Shown in pieces: positions 1 to 11,209 of a stretch of DNA of 64,000 nt. Made by a program: the position numbers and the translations under genes. Source of the stretch: an uncultured beta proteobacterium (GTDB lineage Bacteria > Pseudomonadota > Gammaproteobacteria > Burkholderiales > SHXO01). The stretch covers positions 49,935-113,934 of the forward strand of contig CAVUHQ010000011.1 of the NCBI GenBank assembly GCA_963741215.1, given 5' to 3'. The notes beneath the pieces are model-generated. The model had not been told where the DNA came from, ran no database searches, and saw only the letters and a list, made by a program, of their open reading frames with translations. Each line of letters opens with the position of its first letter. Position 1 is the first letter of the stretch.

Positions 1-2311
1 CCGCAGCTCCAGCAGCGCACCGACCCGGGCGAGCAGCTCGCGTGCCGAAAACGGCTTGATGACATAGTCGTCGGCACCCGCATCGAGTCCCTCGATCCGC
101 GCCTCCTCGCCCGCGCGCGCGGATAGCAACAGGACCGGCACGCTGCGCAGCGTCTCGTCAGCGCGAATCGCCGCCAGCAGCCCGAAGCCATCCAGGCGCG
201 GCATCATGACGTCGCTGAGAATGAGGTCGGGACGTGCGCGCCGCGCAGCGGCGAGCGCCTTCTCGCCATCGGTCACGGTCTCGACTGCGTAGTAGGGGGA
301 CAGCAGATCGCGCACATAGCCACGCACATCGGCGTTGTCGTCGGCCAGCACGATCCTCGAGCCGAACGTCGCGGCGAAGCGTCGATCGCGTCCGGGCAGA
401 GGATTCTCGGCCATGGCGGGAAAGGTCAGAAGGCGCGTTGTCGCCTGAATTTTGCAGCCAGCGCAGCGCCTCGTGGACGAACGTGCGGGCTCCGATCGCC
501 GTCGAGGAGAGCACCCGCGGCGCTAGCACGCGGTCGGAAGGCAGAGTGGGCCGCGCCGAACGGAACGCGACACGCGAAAGGTGGTTCCTTCCCCGAGCAC
601 GCTCGCCGCTTCGATCGTCGCGCCGTGCAGCTTGACGAGCTCCTGCACCAGCGCGAGGCCGATCCCGGAGCCTTCATGCGTACGCCCGTGAGTTACCTCG
701 ACACGGTGGAAACGTTCGAACAGGCGCGGCAGCTCTTGCTCGGGAACGCCCACGCCGGTGTCTGTCACTTCAAGCACCGCGCGGTCATCGTTTCGGCGCA
801 ATCGAACCGTGACCGCTCCGGCCAACGTGAACTTGAACGCGTTCGAGAGAAGATTCAGCACGATCTTTTCCCACATCTCCCGATCGACGTAGACGAGTCT
901 CTCCAAGCTCGTCAGCAGTCCACGATGTAACGTAAGGCCTGCCTTCTCCATCGCCGAGCGGAAGGTGCTCGCGAGATCGCGCGTCAGCGCCGCCAGGTCG
1001 GTCTCCTCGTACGAGGCCTGGACCCGTCCCGCTTCGATGCGAGAGAAGTCCAGCAGCGAATTGACGAGCTTGTGCAGTCGCGCGGCATTGCGCTCCACGA
1101 GCTGCAGCCGTTCGCGCGCTTCCTGCGGAAGACGAGCATCCATGATCGCTTCTTCCAGCGGTCCGAGCATGAGCGTCAACGGTGTGCGGAACTCATGGCT
1201 GACGTTCGAGAAGAATGCGGTCTTGGCCCGGTCCAGCTCGGAAAGGACCTCGGCACGCTGACGCTCGGCCTCATAGGCCTGCGCCTCGGCGATGGCCGAG
1301 CCGGTCTGATTCGCAACGAGATCCAGGAACGAACGATAAGCGTCGTCGAGTGCGCGACGCGGACTGACGCCGGCGATCAGAAATCCGTGGAGCCCCTGCT
1401 TCGTGTGCCTTTCAAAGGAAGCACGAGCGCCTGCTTGACAGGATCGGGCCAGGGCTCCGCAGCGGATGTCCAGGCCCGCGGCCGTGCAGATCGTCGTAGC
1501 TCTTGCGCCGTCTCGCTCTCGAGAAGTTCGCGTAGGTGCCACGGCGAGGTCGCATCGTTCAGCGCGAGCAGTTCCGGGCAGCGCGAACTCCGGCAATTCA
1601 CGACGTGCGCGCGGCACGGCGCGCCTGCTGTGCGCCGGGTTCGATCAAGTAAAGTGCGGCAAACGGCGTGTCGAAGGGATAGAGCGCCAGAACCTCGCAA
1701 GCGCGAGGCAGCTTTGCTGTCTACGCCGTCTACCCCTCCTCCCGCGAGCCGCCAAGTCTCGCAGAACGCGCAGCCGTCTTTCGCCGATTACGCGCTCGGT
1801 GACTTCGGTGACGACGCAAAGCATGCCGGCAATGCGGCTCTGGTCGTCATAGACCGGACTGTAGGAAAAGGTGTGATAGGTCTCTTCGAGGAAACCGCTG
1901 CGTTCGAGGAACAGGAGCAGCCCCTCATCCCAGGTCGCTTGACCAAGCTCCAGGACTCGAGCGATTCGGGGTTCGAGTTCCGGCCAGATCTCCTCCCACA
2001 CCTTGTCGGAGCGCGCACCGAGCACCCAATCGCGCTTGATGCCCACGGTCGGCAGATAGGCATCGTTGCAGAAGAAGGTGAGCTCAGCGCCCCAGAGCAT
2101 CCACATCGCGTAGCGCGAATCGAGCATCACCCGCACGATCGTCTTGAGCGACTGCGGCCACTGCGCCGGCGAGCCAAGGGGCGTTGCGGTCCAATCGAGT
2201 GCCCGCATGCGCGCGCCCATCTCGCCGCCACCGGCCAGGAAAGTCGAGGTGCCCGGTACGAGGTGTCGCAGCTGGGGGCGAGGCGATATGACTCCCGTTG
2301 CTCGAAGGCAT
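1..2311 (-). CDS. Hybrid sensor histidine kinase (PAS/GAF-HisKA-HATPase-REC), frameshifted, runs off left edge
   Basis: ORF pieces 1645-2220 (LDWTATPLG..WPQSL..FCNDAY) and 523-1617 (H-box FFSNVSHEFRTPL, N-box NLLSNAFKFT, G-box GSGIGLALV). Receiver motifs ADDNAD and SDVMMPRLDG lie in 1-350. Confidence 0.9.
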
Positions 2312-2347
2312 GTCCGCCTCGTACCCCCTTAGCTCATCCAATCGCAT

Positions 2348-3011
2348 TCATACCGCTGACCCTAGCAGAAATGGCGGGTGAAGAAAGTCAGCAGCCGTCT
2401 CGACTGCCTGTCGGCAACGTCCTACATTGCGGCGTGACAAGCACGCGAGAACACTCGCGCGGAGCGCTCCCGAGCGGGACTTTCTCAGCTCGTTTTGGGC
2501 GGGAATCACCAGCGGCCCGCAGTTCTCATCCGTGACGAAAAAAGCGAGCAATTGCGCGGGGTGCACGGGGTCGGCGTTTTCTGCAAAAAGGTGCAAGGCA
2601 CGCGGTGGTTCAAACCACGTCTGGCCGGTTGCGTAGTCGGCGGCAGGACTTCCCGCCATTTGTGATCGAATCGTGCCTTGGAGGACTACGGCCGTCACCG
2701 ATCCCGGATGGCGATGGGCGGTTGAGTAAGCGAGTGGTGGGAAAGTCAACGATCGCCGTGGTCACCGATTTTCCGGGGACATCCGGGAGAGGTTCGCAGG
2801 ATAGCTGCCTGACGGTCGTTGCGGGTCGGCTGCCAGATCCAGGCGGCGCTGCGGCGGTCGCGAACATGGGCCGCCCCACGGCGGTGCAAACGTCGGTGAT
2901 CCACCGCACTGCAGACGGCGGTGCAGGCAGCATGAGAGTCAACCAGCCGGCGGTGATGGCCAGTGCTGCTAGGGTGACGCTGGTGCGGCCAGCAATCGGC
3001 AGGTGATTCAT
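2348..3011 (-). CDS. Cupin domain protein, frameshifted
   Basis: PLPDVPGKSVT..VDFPP..HRHPGSV..VLQG..WFEPP..H cupin motifs across ORFs 2610-3182 and 2348-2749. 3' end uncertain. Confidence 0.75.
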
Positions 3012-3751
3012 CGGTGAAGGCGGCGCGGTAAGCGCAATCCGGCATTCCACCCCAGCTCCCGTTGGGCTTTCGCACTGCTTACATCGGGGTTGTCGTCGGT
3101 GATGTTGAAGATCCCCCTGGCGATCGTTGAACAGCCAGCAAGGCTGCCCAGGCAGCGGCCTCCACATGGACGGGGATAGCACCTGCAGGCTCGGGCGTGG
3201 AGGTGCCCGGCCCGTAGATCCGCCCGTACCTCAACACGGTTCCGACCAGCGCGGGCGTGCCCAGCGTCAACTGCTCCAATGCTGCGACACCGTGCACGGT
3301 GATGCTGCGAATGCCCTCCGCAGCGAGGTCGAGCGGATGGTCTTCGGTGTAGGGCTTGAGGCCTGGCGCGTAGGCCCAGGCGATGCTCTGCGCGATCAAC
3401 CGGCCGCAGCCCGCCGCGAGAGCCGCTGCCACCAGATTGCGTGTGCCGTCGCTGCGCACACGCGCATTCCGGACCACCCGCTTCGGCCATTTGTTTCGGA
3501 TCAAGGCTTGGCGGCAGATCGGAGAGCTGGTGAATCACACTCGAAGGCGAGATGCGCACCAAGGCTGATGTCAGTGCTGCCGAGTCGAACGCGTCGACGA
3601 TGACCGGCGTCACTCCCTTTGCCTCCAGGACCTTGGCGCGTTCCGCCCGTCGCGTGCTGCCGTACACGACATAGCCCGCGTCGATCAACAACGGCATCAG
3701 CGCGGTGCCGATGGCGCCGGTCGCCCCGGCCAGAAATAGCTTCTCACTCAC
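3008..3751 (-). CDS. NAD-dependent epimerase/dehydratase family protein, frameshifted
   Basis: LAGATGAIG Rossmann motif, then AQSIAWAY and LRYGRIYGPG in the shifted frame. Confidence 0.85.
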   Translation of the reverse strand: MSEKLFLAGATGAIGTALMPLLIDAGYVVYGSTRRAERAKVLEAKGVTPVIVDAFDSAALTSALVRISPSSVIHQLSDLPPSLDPKQMAEAGGPECACAQRRHTQSGGSGSRGGLRPVDRAEHRLGLRARPQALHRRPSARPRCGGHSQHHRARCRSIGAVDAGHARAGRNRVEVRADLRAGHLHARACRCYPRPCGGRCLGSLAGCSTIARGIFNITDDNPDVSSAKAQRELGWNAGLRLPRRLHR

Positions 3752-3907
3752 TACGCTCTCTCCCGCCGACCACCACAGCAGTGGTCGTATGGACGATAGC
3801 TTTGAGGGTAGACATGAATTCTGCGCAATTGGTTGCGAGAAATGATCGCTCTTACAGGAAGCGATGTGTCCACCGTCGGCAGACCCACGGGTAACAAGAA
3901 CCTGGAA

Positions 3908-4802
3908 TCAGGTCCTCCTTCGCGCGCCGAAATACACACCAGCCGCCGCCAGGCCGAAGCCAAGAATCGCAATCGGGCCGAGCGTTTCGTGGAACGCCGC
4001 AAAGCCCATGGCGGCGGTGATCGGCGGCACCAGATAGAAAAGGGTCGCAACGCGGCTAGCCTCCCCTTGTCGGAGCAGGAAATAGAGCAAGCTGACGGCA
4101 GCGATGGAGTTGACCAGCGCCAACCACGCCGACGACACGATGAGCGCCTCGCTCCATTCGACCTGCAATCCTTCGAATCGCAGCGCGGGCACGAAAAGGG
4201 CAACGCCGGCGACCACGAACTGGACCAGATTGCCCGTGCGCAGATCGATAGCACCGCAGAACCTCTTCTGATAAAGCGTGCCTGCAACGAAGGCAGCCAG
4301 AGCCAGGAAGGTCACCGCGTAGCCTTCCCAGCCGCCGCTGGCGAACGATATCTTGTTCAGAGACGACGAGCGCGACACCGAGCAGGCCTATCGTCAATCC
4401 AGCCCATCGTCCAGCGCCAATCCGTTCGCCGAGCAGAGGGCCCGCGGCGAGCGCGGTGAACAGCGGTGTCAAGCCGGAGATCAGCGCGGACACCCCGGCG
4501 CTCACGCCGTCGCTGAGGCCGATATATAAGGCCGCCAACGTCAGGCCATTTACCAGCAAACCGGCTACTGCCAGGTGACCGTAGTCGGCCCACCTGCGCG
4601 GCCAAGGCGCGCCGGTCAGCAACGCGATCAGCAGCATGACCAACGCGGCTGCCGAAAACCTGATCTCGAGCATCGTCAGCGGGCCGGTGAATTCGAGGCC
4701 GATCTTGCCGGCGATCCACGCAGAGCTCCACAAGACGATGAACAAGCCGCCCAGTACCTGTGGACCGAATAGCGGCGGCCGTGTCACTGCAAACGTGTTC
4801 AT
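3908..4802 (-). CDS. EamA/DMT family transporter, frameshifted
   Basis: LFIVLWSSAWIAGK..GPLTMLEIRF, plus many TM segments ending LFYLVPPITA..FHETLG. Confidence 0.88.
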
Positions 4803-4957
4803 AGGAGTTCCCAATCGATGCGTGGCCGCGGTGCTAAACTTTGGCCACGGCAGCGCGCTCATATATGGCGTTCATGTGTGCGATCGGTGGTCATTTTCGG
4901 TTGGGACAGCGCTGCCATTCAAACGATCTTTTGGCATGAGGTGCATGAGCAATCCAC

Positions 4958-5944
4958 ATGCAGCGCAAGCGTCGCATCTTGCCGACATTGGACTTCTTGA
5001 AAGGCTTCGAGGCCGCCGCGCGTCATTTGAGCTTTACCAAGGCGGCGAGTGAGCTCTTCGTCACGCAGTCGGCTGTAAGCCGTCAGATCCAGTCGCTCGA
5101 GGAGCAGCTGGGCGTCTCGCTGTTTCAGCGCCGACCCAAAGATCTGGTGCTGACGGAGGCGGGCGAGACGCTCTACCGCGCGGCGTCGGAGATCCTGCGT
5201 CAGGTCCGTGAGGCGATCGAGCGCCTCGATGCGGGCAGCCGGCCCGAGGCGCTGACGGTCACTTGCACGGTCGCGTTCGCTTCCTTGTGGCTGATCCCGC
5301 GCTTGTCTGCATTCCGGCAGGAGCGGCCGGGGGCGGATGTGCGCATCGCCGCCGACAACAGCCTGCTCGACCTGGAGCGTCAGCGCATGGACGTGGCCAT
5401 TCGTTTTTGCCAACCGAAGCTGGCCCCGGATCACGCGACCCGGCTGTTTGGAGAGGAGATCTTTCCGGTGTGCGCGCCCGCGCTCCTGCGCGATCGCGCC
5501 AGGCCTTTGAAGCGGCCGGAGGATCTCAGGCACCACGTGCTGCTGCACCTGGAGGAGCCCGGCGGGCTCCAGCCCTGGGTCAACTGGATCACGTGGCTCG
5601 AACCCCTGCTCGCCCTCGAGGTCGACACAGCGGGGTGCAGTGCGTTTCAATCAGTACGATCAGATGATTCAGGCAGCGGTCGATGGCCAGGGCGTCGCGC
5701 TCGGACGCTCGCCCTTGATACGGCGCTTGATCAAGCAGGGCAAGCTCGTCGCACCCTTCGATCGAAAGACCGTCTCACCGCGCGCCTACTATGTGTTCAC
5801 ATCGCGCGACGCCGCGGAGCGGCAGGAGGTCAGCGACTTCGTAGGCATGGCTGCTGCGCGAAGCCAAACGCGACGAGCAGACCAGCGGCCGTTGAAGTCT
5901 TCTTCCTTGGCCGACGGCAATCGCGCCTGTGGCTTACACGCTGA
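4958..5944 (+). CDS. LysR-family regulator, GcvA-like, frameshift near 3' end
   Basis: FEAAARHLSFTKAASELFVTQSAVSRQIQSLE HTH and C-terminal QAAVDGQGVALGR. Divergent from the DMT gene. Confidence 0.92.
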   Translation: MQRKRRILPTLDFLKGFEAAARHLSFTKAASELFVTQSAVSRQIQSLEEQLGVSLFQRRPKDLVLTEAGETLYRAASEILRQVREAIERLDAGSRPEALTVTCTVAFASLWLIPRLSAFRQERPGADVRIAADNSLLDLERQRMDVAIRFCQPKLAPDHATRLFGEEIFPVCAPALLRDRARPLKRPEDLRHHVLLHLEEPGGLQPWVNWITWLEPLLALEVDTAGCSAFQSVRSDDSGSGRWPGRRARTLALDTALDQAGQARRTLRSKDRLTARLLCVHIARRRGAAGGQRLRRHGCCAKPNATSRPAAVEVFFLGRRQSRLWLTR

Positions 5945-6033
5945 AGCATGCCGGTCTGCCAGGTCGACCGCATAGATCCGCGGACATCGTCGATTCAGCG
6001 CACGGGCTCGCGTTCGAGTTGCACCCGGCGGGA

Positions 6034-6057
6034 ATCCAACCCGTGATCCGGTCCGTA
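6034..6057 (+). promoter_or_regulatory. Putative ECF sigma promoter ATCCA-N15-CGTA
   Basis: ATCC at 6034-6037 and CGTA at 6054-6057, 22 nt before the hupE ATG. Same motif at 8387 and 18060. Confidence 0.6.
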
Positions 6058-6079
6058 CATGCAGGCGGGAGGAACGCCG

Positions 6080-7210
6080 ATGACACTCGGGCCCGCACGC
6101 GTTCTCTGTGCTCTGCTTGCCGCTTCCTTGCTGTCGCTCGCTGCCGCCGCTCATGCGCACAAGCCGAGTGACAGCTACCTGACGCTGCGGGTCGCCGGCA
6201 CTGAGATCAACGGCCAGTGGGATATCGCGCTGCGCGACCTGGACCTCGCGCTCGGGCTGGACACTGATCAGGACGGCGCCATCACCTGGGGCGAGGTGCG
6301 GCAGCGTCACGCCGACATCGCGGCCTACGCGTTGTCCCGATTGTCCCTGGCCGTCGATGGCGACGCCTGTCCTGCCACGGCAACCGCGCATCTGATCGAT
6401 CGTCACAGCGATGGCGCCTACGCCGTGTTGCGCTTCACGGCGCGCTGCGCGCATGCGCCGGCTACGCTGGAAGCCACCTACCGGCTGTTGTTCGATCTCG
6501 ATCCTCAGCACCGCGGCCTGCTGCAAGCTCGATTACGGCGGCCAGGTGCGCACCGCGATCTTTGCTGTCGAATCTCCGACCCAGAACCTGGTTCTCGCCG
6601 CGCCGAACCGGCTGCGGCAGTTCGTCGAATACCTTCAGCACGGCATGCGGCACATCTGGCTCGGCTTCGATCACGTCCTGTTCCTGCTGTCGCTGCTGCT
6701 GCCCGCGGTACTGGTGCGCAACGGCATGGCCTGGCAGCCGGCGGCAGGGCTGAAGCCAGCGCTGTGGGACGTGCTCAAGGTGGTCACGGCATTCACGCTG
6801 GCCCATTCCATCACGCTGACGCTGGCCGCGCTGAATGTGATCGCGCTGCCGTCGCGTCTGGTGGAGTCGGCGATCGCAGTCTCGGTTGTGCTGGCGGCAC
6901 TCAACAACATCTATCCGGTCGTGAGCGAGCGGCGTTGGGTGCTGGCCTTCGTGTTCGGCTTGATCCACGGGTTCGGCTTCGCCAGCGTGCTGGCCGATCT
7001 CGGCCTCCCGCGCGGCACTCTGCTGAGCGCGCTGGTGGCTTTCAACCTGGGCGTGGAGGCGGGGCAGATCACCATCGTTGCACTGCTGCTGCCGCTCGCC
7101 TGGTGGCTGCGAAGGAGCTGGGTGTACCGCCGCCTTACTCTGTATGGCGGCTCCGCCGTCGTGGCGATGCTCGCTCTCGCGTGGTTGATCGAGCGCGCGC
7201 TTCGATCTGA
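6080..7210 (+). CDS. HupE/UreJ family membrane protein with extended periplasmic N-terminus, frameshifted
   Basis: Signal peptide followed by AHKPSDSYL; HIWLGFDHVLFL, AFTLAHSITL and FGLIHGFGFA..FNLGVEAGQ motifs. Confidence 0.88.
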   Translation: MTLGPARVLCALLAASLLSLAAAAHAHKPSDSYLTLRVAGTEINGQWDIALRDLDLALGLDTDQDGAITWGEVRQRHADIAAYALSRLSLAVDGDACPATATAHLIDRHSDGAYAVLRFTARCAHAPATLEATYRLLFDLDPQHRGLLQARLRRPGAHRDLCCRISDPEPGSRRAEPAAAVRRIPSARHAAHLARLRSRPVPAVAAAARGTGAQRHGLAAGGRAEASAVGRAQGGHGIHAGPFHHADAGRAECDRAAVASGGVGDRSLGCAGGTQQHLSGRERAALGAGLRVRLDPRVRLRQRAGRSRPPARHSAERAGGFQPGRGGGADHHRCTAAAARLVAAKELGVPPPYSVWRLRRRGDARSRVVDRARASI

Positions 7211-7215
7211 GGCTC

Positions 7216-8380
7216 ATGTCGTGAGCGCGCCGACTCCTGTTGCTTTGCCTCGGCTTGGTGCTCGCCGCGCCAGCCGGGGCAGCGCCCTTCGTGCCCACCG
7301 AGGACGCGCAGGTGCTGGAGCGGCTTCCATTCCGCCCAAACGACCCCGCCGTGCGGGAATTGCAACTGCTGCACGCGCAACTCGTTCAGCAACCCGGAAA
7401 TCAGACGCTGGCGGTTGCCGTCGCGCGGCGTTACATCGAACTCGGTCGCGTCACCGGCGATCCGCGCTATGCCGGCTACGCGCAGGCCGCGCTGGCCCCG
7501 TGGTGGAGCCTGGTCGAACCACCGCGTGACGTGCTGCTGCTGCGCGCGACTCTGCGTCAACGCGTGCACCAGTTCGACGCTGCGCTCGGCGATCTGGCGC
7601 GGGCGCTTGCTCGCAACCCACGCGACGTGCAGGCGCGGCTCACTCGGGCCACGGTATTGCAGGTGCGCGGCGAGTTCGAGGCGGCGAGACAGGACTGCGA
7701 GGCGCTACAAGGTACGGCGCAGGAAGTGATCGCTGTCGCGTGCCTTACCAGCGTGAATGCTAGCAGCGGCCGGCTGCACGAAAGCTACCAGGCGTTGCAG
7801 GAAACGCTCGCGCGTTATCCGGGGGCCGACCCTGGCATTCAGAGCTGGCTGTGGACCGGACTTGCGCGAGATGGCCGCGCGAGCCGGGCTCGCGCAGGAC
7901 GCCGAGCGGCACTTCAAATCGGCACTCGCGGCGGACCCGGCCGATCAGTATCTGCTGGCGGCTTACGCCGACTTCCTGCTCGACCGCGGCCGCGCCCGCG
8001 AGGCCGCTGCACTCGTACAAGCTCATACGCGGGCAGACGGCCTGTTGCTGCGCTATGCGTTGGCGCTGAAGGCGCAGGGTTCGGTCCAGGCGTCGCAGGC
8101 GGTCGAGGAGTTGCGTGCGCGCTTCGACGCGAGCCGGATGCGTGGCGACCGGGTGCATCTGCGTGAGGAGGCGCGCTTCGCGTTGCATCTCGATGCGGAC
8201 CCGCAACGTGCGCTCGAACTCGCGAAGGACAACTGGGCGGTGCAGAAGGAGCCTGCCGATGCGCGGATCCTGCTCGAGGCGGCGCTCGCCGCGAAGGACA
8301 GCGCCGCGGTGCGCGCCTTGCAAGTGTGGCTCGCCCAGTCGCGCCTGGAGGATGTGCAGTTAACGCGCTTGCTCGGCTAG
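7216..8380 (+). CDS. Exported tetratricopeptide-repeat protein, frameshifted
   Basis: Signal-like N-terminus (AAPFVP) and helical TPR-like repeats in ORFs 7240-8166 and 7757-8380. Confidence 0.75.
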
Positions 8381-8386
8381 CGCCGA

Positions 8387-8410
8387 ATCCAGATGCATGA
8401 CACAGCCGTA
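8387..8410 (+). promoter_or_regulatory. Putative ECF sigma promoter ATCCA-N15-CGTA
   Basis: ATCC at 8387-8390 and CGTA at 8407-8410, in the spacer upstream of the DUF4331 gene. Confidence 0.6.
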
Positions 8411-8549
8411 TAGGCAAGCAGACGGCGTCGAATAGAACAAGCCGCGCATCGGAGCACCGTGGCTGCGCGAGCACGCGTGTGACTCAGGATCAAACCGCAC
8501 GACGGCACAGATTGCCGTCGATCACGAAACAGACTTGGTGGAGGGAAAC

Positions 8550-10050
8550 ATGAGACGCATCATCAGACCACTTTTCGCGGTGCTTGCCGCAATCTTTCTG
8601 TCATGGGGCATCACAGCGATGGCGGCAAGCCACCGGGAGGCCCCGCAGATCGCCAACGATCCGACCGCCGACTTGACCAACGTCTACTTCTTCCGCAGCT
8701 GGGAGGACCCGACTAAGGTGATTCTCATCATGAACGTCATTCCGGCGCAGGAGCCCAGCGGCGGACCGAACTATTTCAACTTCGGCGACGACGTGCGCTA
8801 CAGCTTTCACCTCGACACGCACGGGGACGGCGACGCCGACGACATCACCTACGAGATCCACTTCAAGACCGAGTTGCGCGGCGGGCTGAAGAGCCTGAAG
8901 CTGCCGCTGTCGTATGTCGCGATTCCGCCGATCACGGCGCTCGACGGTGCCGGTTCGGACGGGCTGATTCTGCGCCAGAGCTACACCGTGACCGAAATCC
9001 GCCACGGCAAGCGCACCAACGTGGGCGAAGGGCCGATGTTCGCAGTCCCGTCCAACGTCGGCCCGCTGACCATGCCGGACTACGAAGGGCTCGCCCAGCA
9101 AGGAATCTACAAGCTCTCCAACGGCGGCCGCGTATTCGCCGGACAGCGCGACGAGACCTTCTATATCGACCTCGGCGGCGTGTTCGACACGGTGAACCTG
9201 CGCCGCACGCCGTTTCCACTGCTGACAGATGCCGAAGACGCCAACGATTCCGCCAATCCGTTCGGCGATCGATCACTTCTCCGGCTTCAACATCAGCACG
9301 ATCGCGCTCGAGATCCCGATCTCGCACATCACGCATAACCGGAAGAAGGTGATCGGCCTGTACGCGTCCACCGCCCGGCAGCAGTACACGATCCAGACGC
9401 CGAGCGGCCAGCCGCAGGGCTCCGGACCGTGGGTGCAGGTGTCGCGCATGGCCAATCCGCTGGTGAACGAGCTGATCATCGGCACCGGGCAGAAGGACCT
9501 GTGGAACGCCACCGAGCCGGAGTCCGAGGCTGCGTTCCTCGACTTCTACCTCAATTCGCGACTCGCCGTTGCGCTGAACCTGCGGTTCGGTCTGCCGGCG
9601 CTGAATCTGGGCATCCCGGAGACGGGGCGCACCGACCTGGTCAACGCGCTGCTGAAGTATCCGAGCGAGCCGCAGACGGGCAACTGCACGCGCAAGAGCC
9701 CGTGCGCCGAGTTGCTGCGGTTGAACTTGGGCGTCGATCCGGTTCAGCCCCAGCAGCAGAAGCGGCTGTCGGTGCTGGCGGGCGACAACGCTGGCTGGCC
9801 CAATGGCCGCCGGCCCAACGACGACGTGACCGATATCGCTCTGCGCGTCGTGGCCGGTGTGCTGATCGGGCCGAAGCCGCCCGCGAGCGCTGCGCTCAAG
9901 CTTGGCGATGGCGTCAACTTCAACATCGGTGCCGAGGGCAGCAACGTCACGGCCAACGGGATCTACACCAAGTTCCCGTTCCTGCCGACGCCGCACGACG
10001 GTCGCAATCGTGTCCACATGGATTGCGCGCAGAGCCTCACGCCCTGCTGA
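8550..10050 (+). CDS. DUF4331 domain secreted protein, frameshifted
   Basis: Signal peptide then ASHREAPQIANDPTAD; VFAGQRDETF, QVSRMANPLVNE and GWPNGRRPNDDVTDIAL motifs. Confidence 0.88.
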
Positions 10051-10188
10051 TGGCCGGAGCGGCGAACGTTGCCACGCTCCCTTTTCCGCTCGCGCGCGAG
10101 AGGTTGAGAGCTAATAGGCTAGGGTTGAGCGACGGTCTGATGCCCTCGTGCAGTGCGTAGCAAGCGAGGTATGGAACATTCCGGAAGA

Positions 10189-10287
10189 CCGTTCGTGTTG
10201 AGCGTAGCGAAGCGGAGTCGAAACATCGTGCAGATGCCTGCACGCTTCGACTCCGCAGCTTCCGCTGCTACGCTCAGCGCGAACGGG
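10189..10287. repeat. Inverted pair of REP-like palindromic elements (CCGTTCGYGYTGAGCGT...GAGTCGAA)
   Basis: Copy 10189-10225 (+) and copy 10243-10287 (-) between convergent genes. Third copy at 14112. Confidence 0.8.
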
Positions 10288-10314
10288 GTTTTTGCATCAC
10301 GCCCCGGCAAGAGG

Positions 10315-10710
10315 TCAGAGCGTCGGCCGGCCTTCGTGCGCGTAGCTGCGCTCGCGCACGCTCTGGCATTGGATGCAGCGCCTCGCCGTGGGATGCGCGC
10401 TCAGCCGCCCGGAGGCGATATCGCCTCCGCAATCGATGCAGATGCCCAGCGTTCCGGCGCGGGCCCGCGCCTGCGCTGCCTCGATGTCGCGCAACTCCTG
10501 CACGTGGCGATGGATCTGGGCGGCGCCCAGATCGGCAAGCATGTCGGCCACGGACTCGTCGCCCGTATCCATGACGCCGCCGGCCATGTTGAGATAGCTT
10601 TCGTTGCCCGACTGCACCAGCATGGCGCGTGCCTCCGCCAGCAAGGTGCGCTGGCGTTCGGCCAGCAATTGCGTAAGGTGGGCAAGCTCTTTCTTGCTTA
10701 GCGCGGCCAT
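10315..10710 (-). CDS. TraR/DksA family C4 zinc-finger protein
   Basis: Coiled-coil tip DTGDES, then CIDCGGDI..RL.AHPTARRCIQC. Confidence 0.88.
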   Translation of the reverse strand: MAALSKKELAHLTQLLAERQRTLLAEARAMLVQSGNESYLNMAGGVMDTGDESVADMLADLGAAQIHRHVQELRDIEAAQARARAGTLGICIDCGGDIASGRLSAHPTARRCIQCQSVRERSYAHEGRPTL

Positions 10711-10852
10711 CTCGACTTCCTTCTGGGAACGTCCGACGGGGTCGGCCATCGTCTGGGCCGGCCAACCACGCGATTAGTGTAAACCCAGCAGGCACGCTTC
10801 GATAGCGGACTTTCCGCGAGCCGTGCGGAGCAAGCTGCGGGAATGCTGGTCC

Positions 10853-11209
10853 CTAGTGATGCTCGCAACCAGGGCAGCGCGCCGCGCTGGGATGAGACCG
10901 CAGCCAGGGCAGGTCGATAGCCACACCGCAGATCTCGCATACGCCGTAGGTTCCCTGCTCGATCCGCCGCCTGGCGCTCAGAATGTGGCGCAGCTCGGCA
11001 ATCTGGTAGTCGAATGTGGGCGAGCCCAGGTCAACCAGCATCGCTGCAGCCGAGCGTTCGCCGAGTGCGGCTACCTGAGTCGCGATCGCGCGGTACTGCT
11101 CGTGCTCGGAGTGCTCGAGCTGGTCCCGAACCTGGTGGATGAGCGAGTGGTACTGCTCCGTCAGCAGGCGGTCGAACTGGGGGAGTTGCCCTGGATTCAG
11201 CCCTGCCAT
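10853..11209 (-). CDS. Second TraR/DksA family C4 zinc-finger protein, divergent
   Basis: GTYGVCEICGVAI..L.SHPSAARCPGC. Colinear with its neighbour but lacks the DxxD tip. Confidence 0.8.
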   Translation of the reverse strand: MAGLNPGQLPQFDRLLTEQYHSLIHQVRDQLEHSEHEQYRAIATQVAALGERSAAAMLVDLGSPTFDYQIAELRHILSARRRIEQGTYGVCEICGVAIDLPWLRSHPSAARCPGCEHH

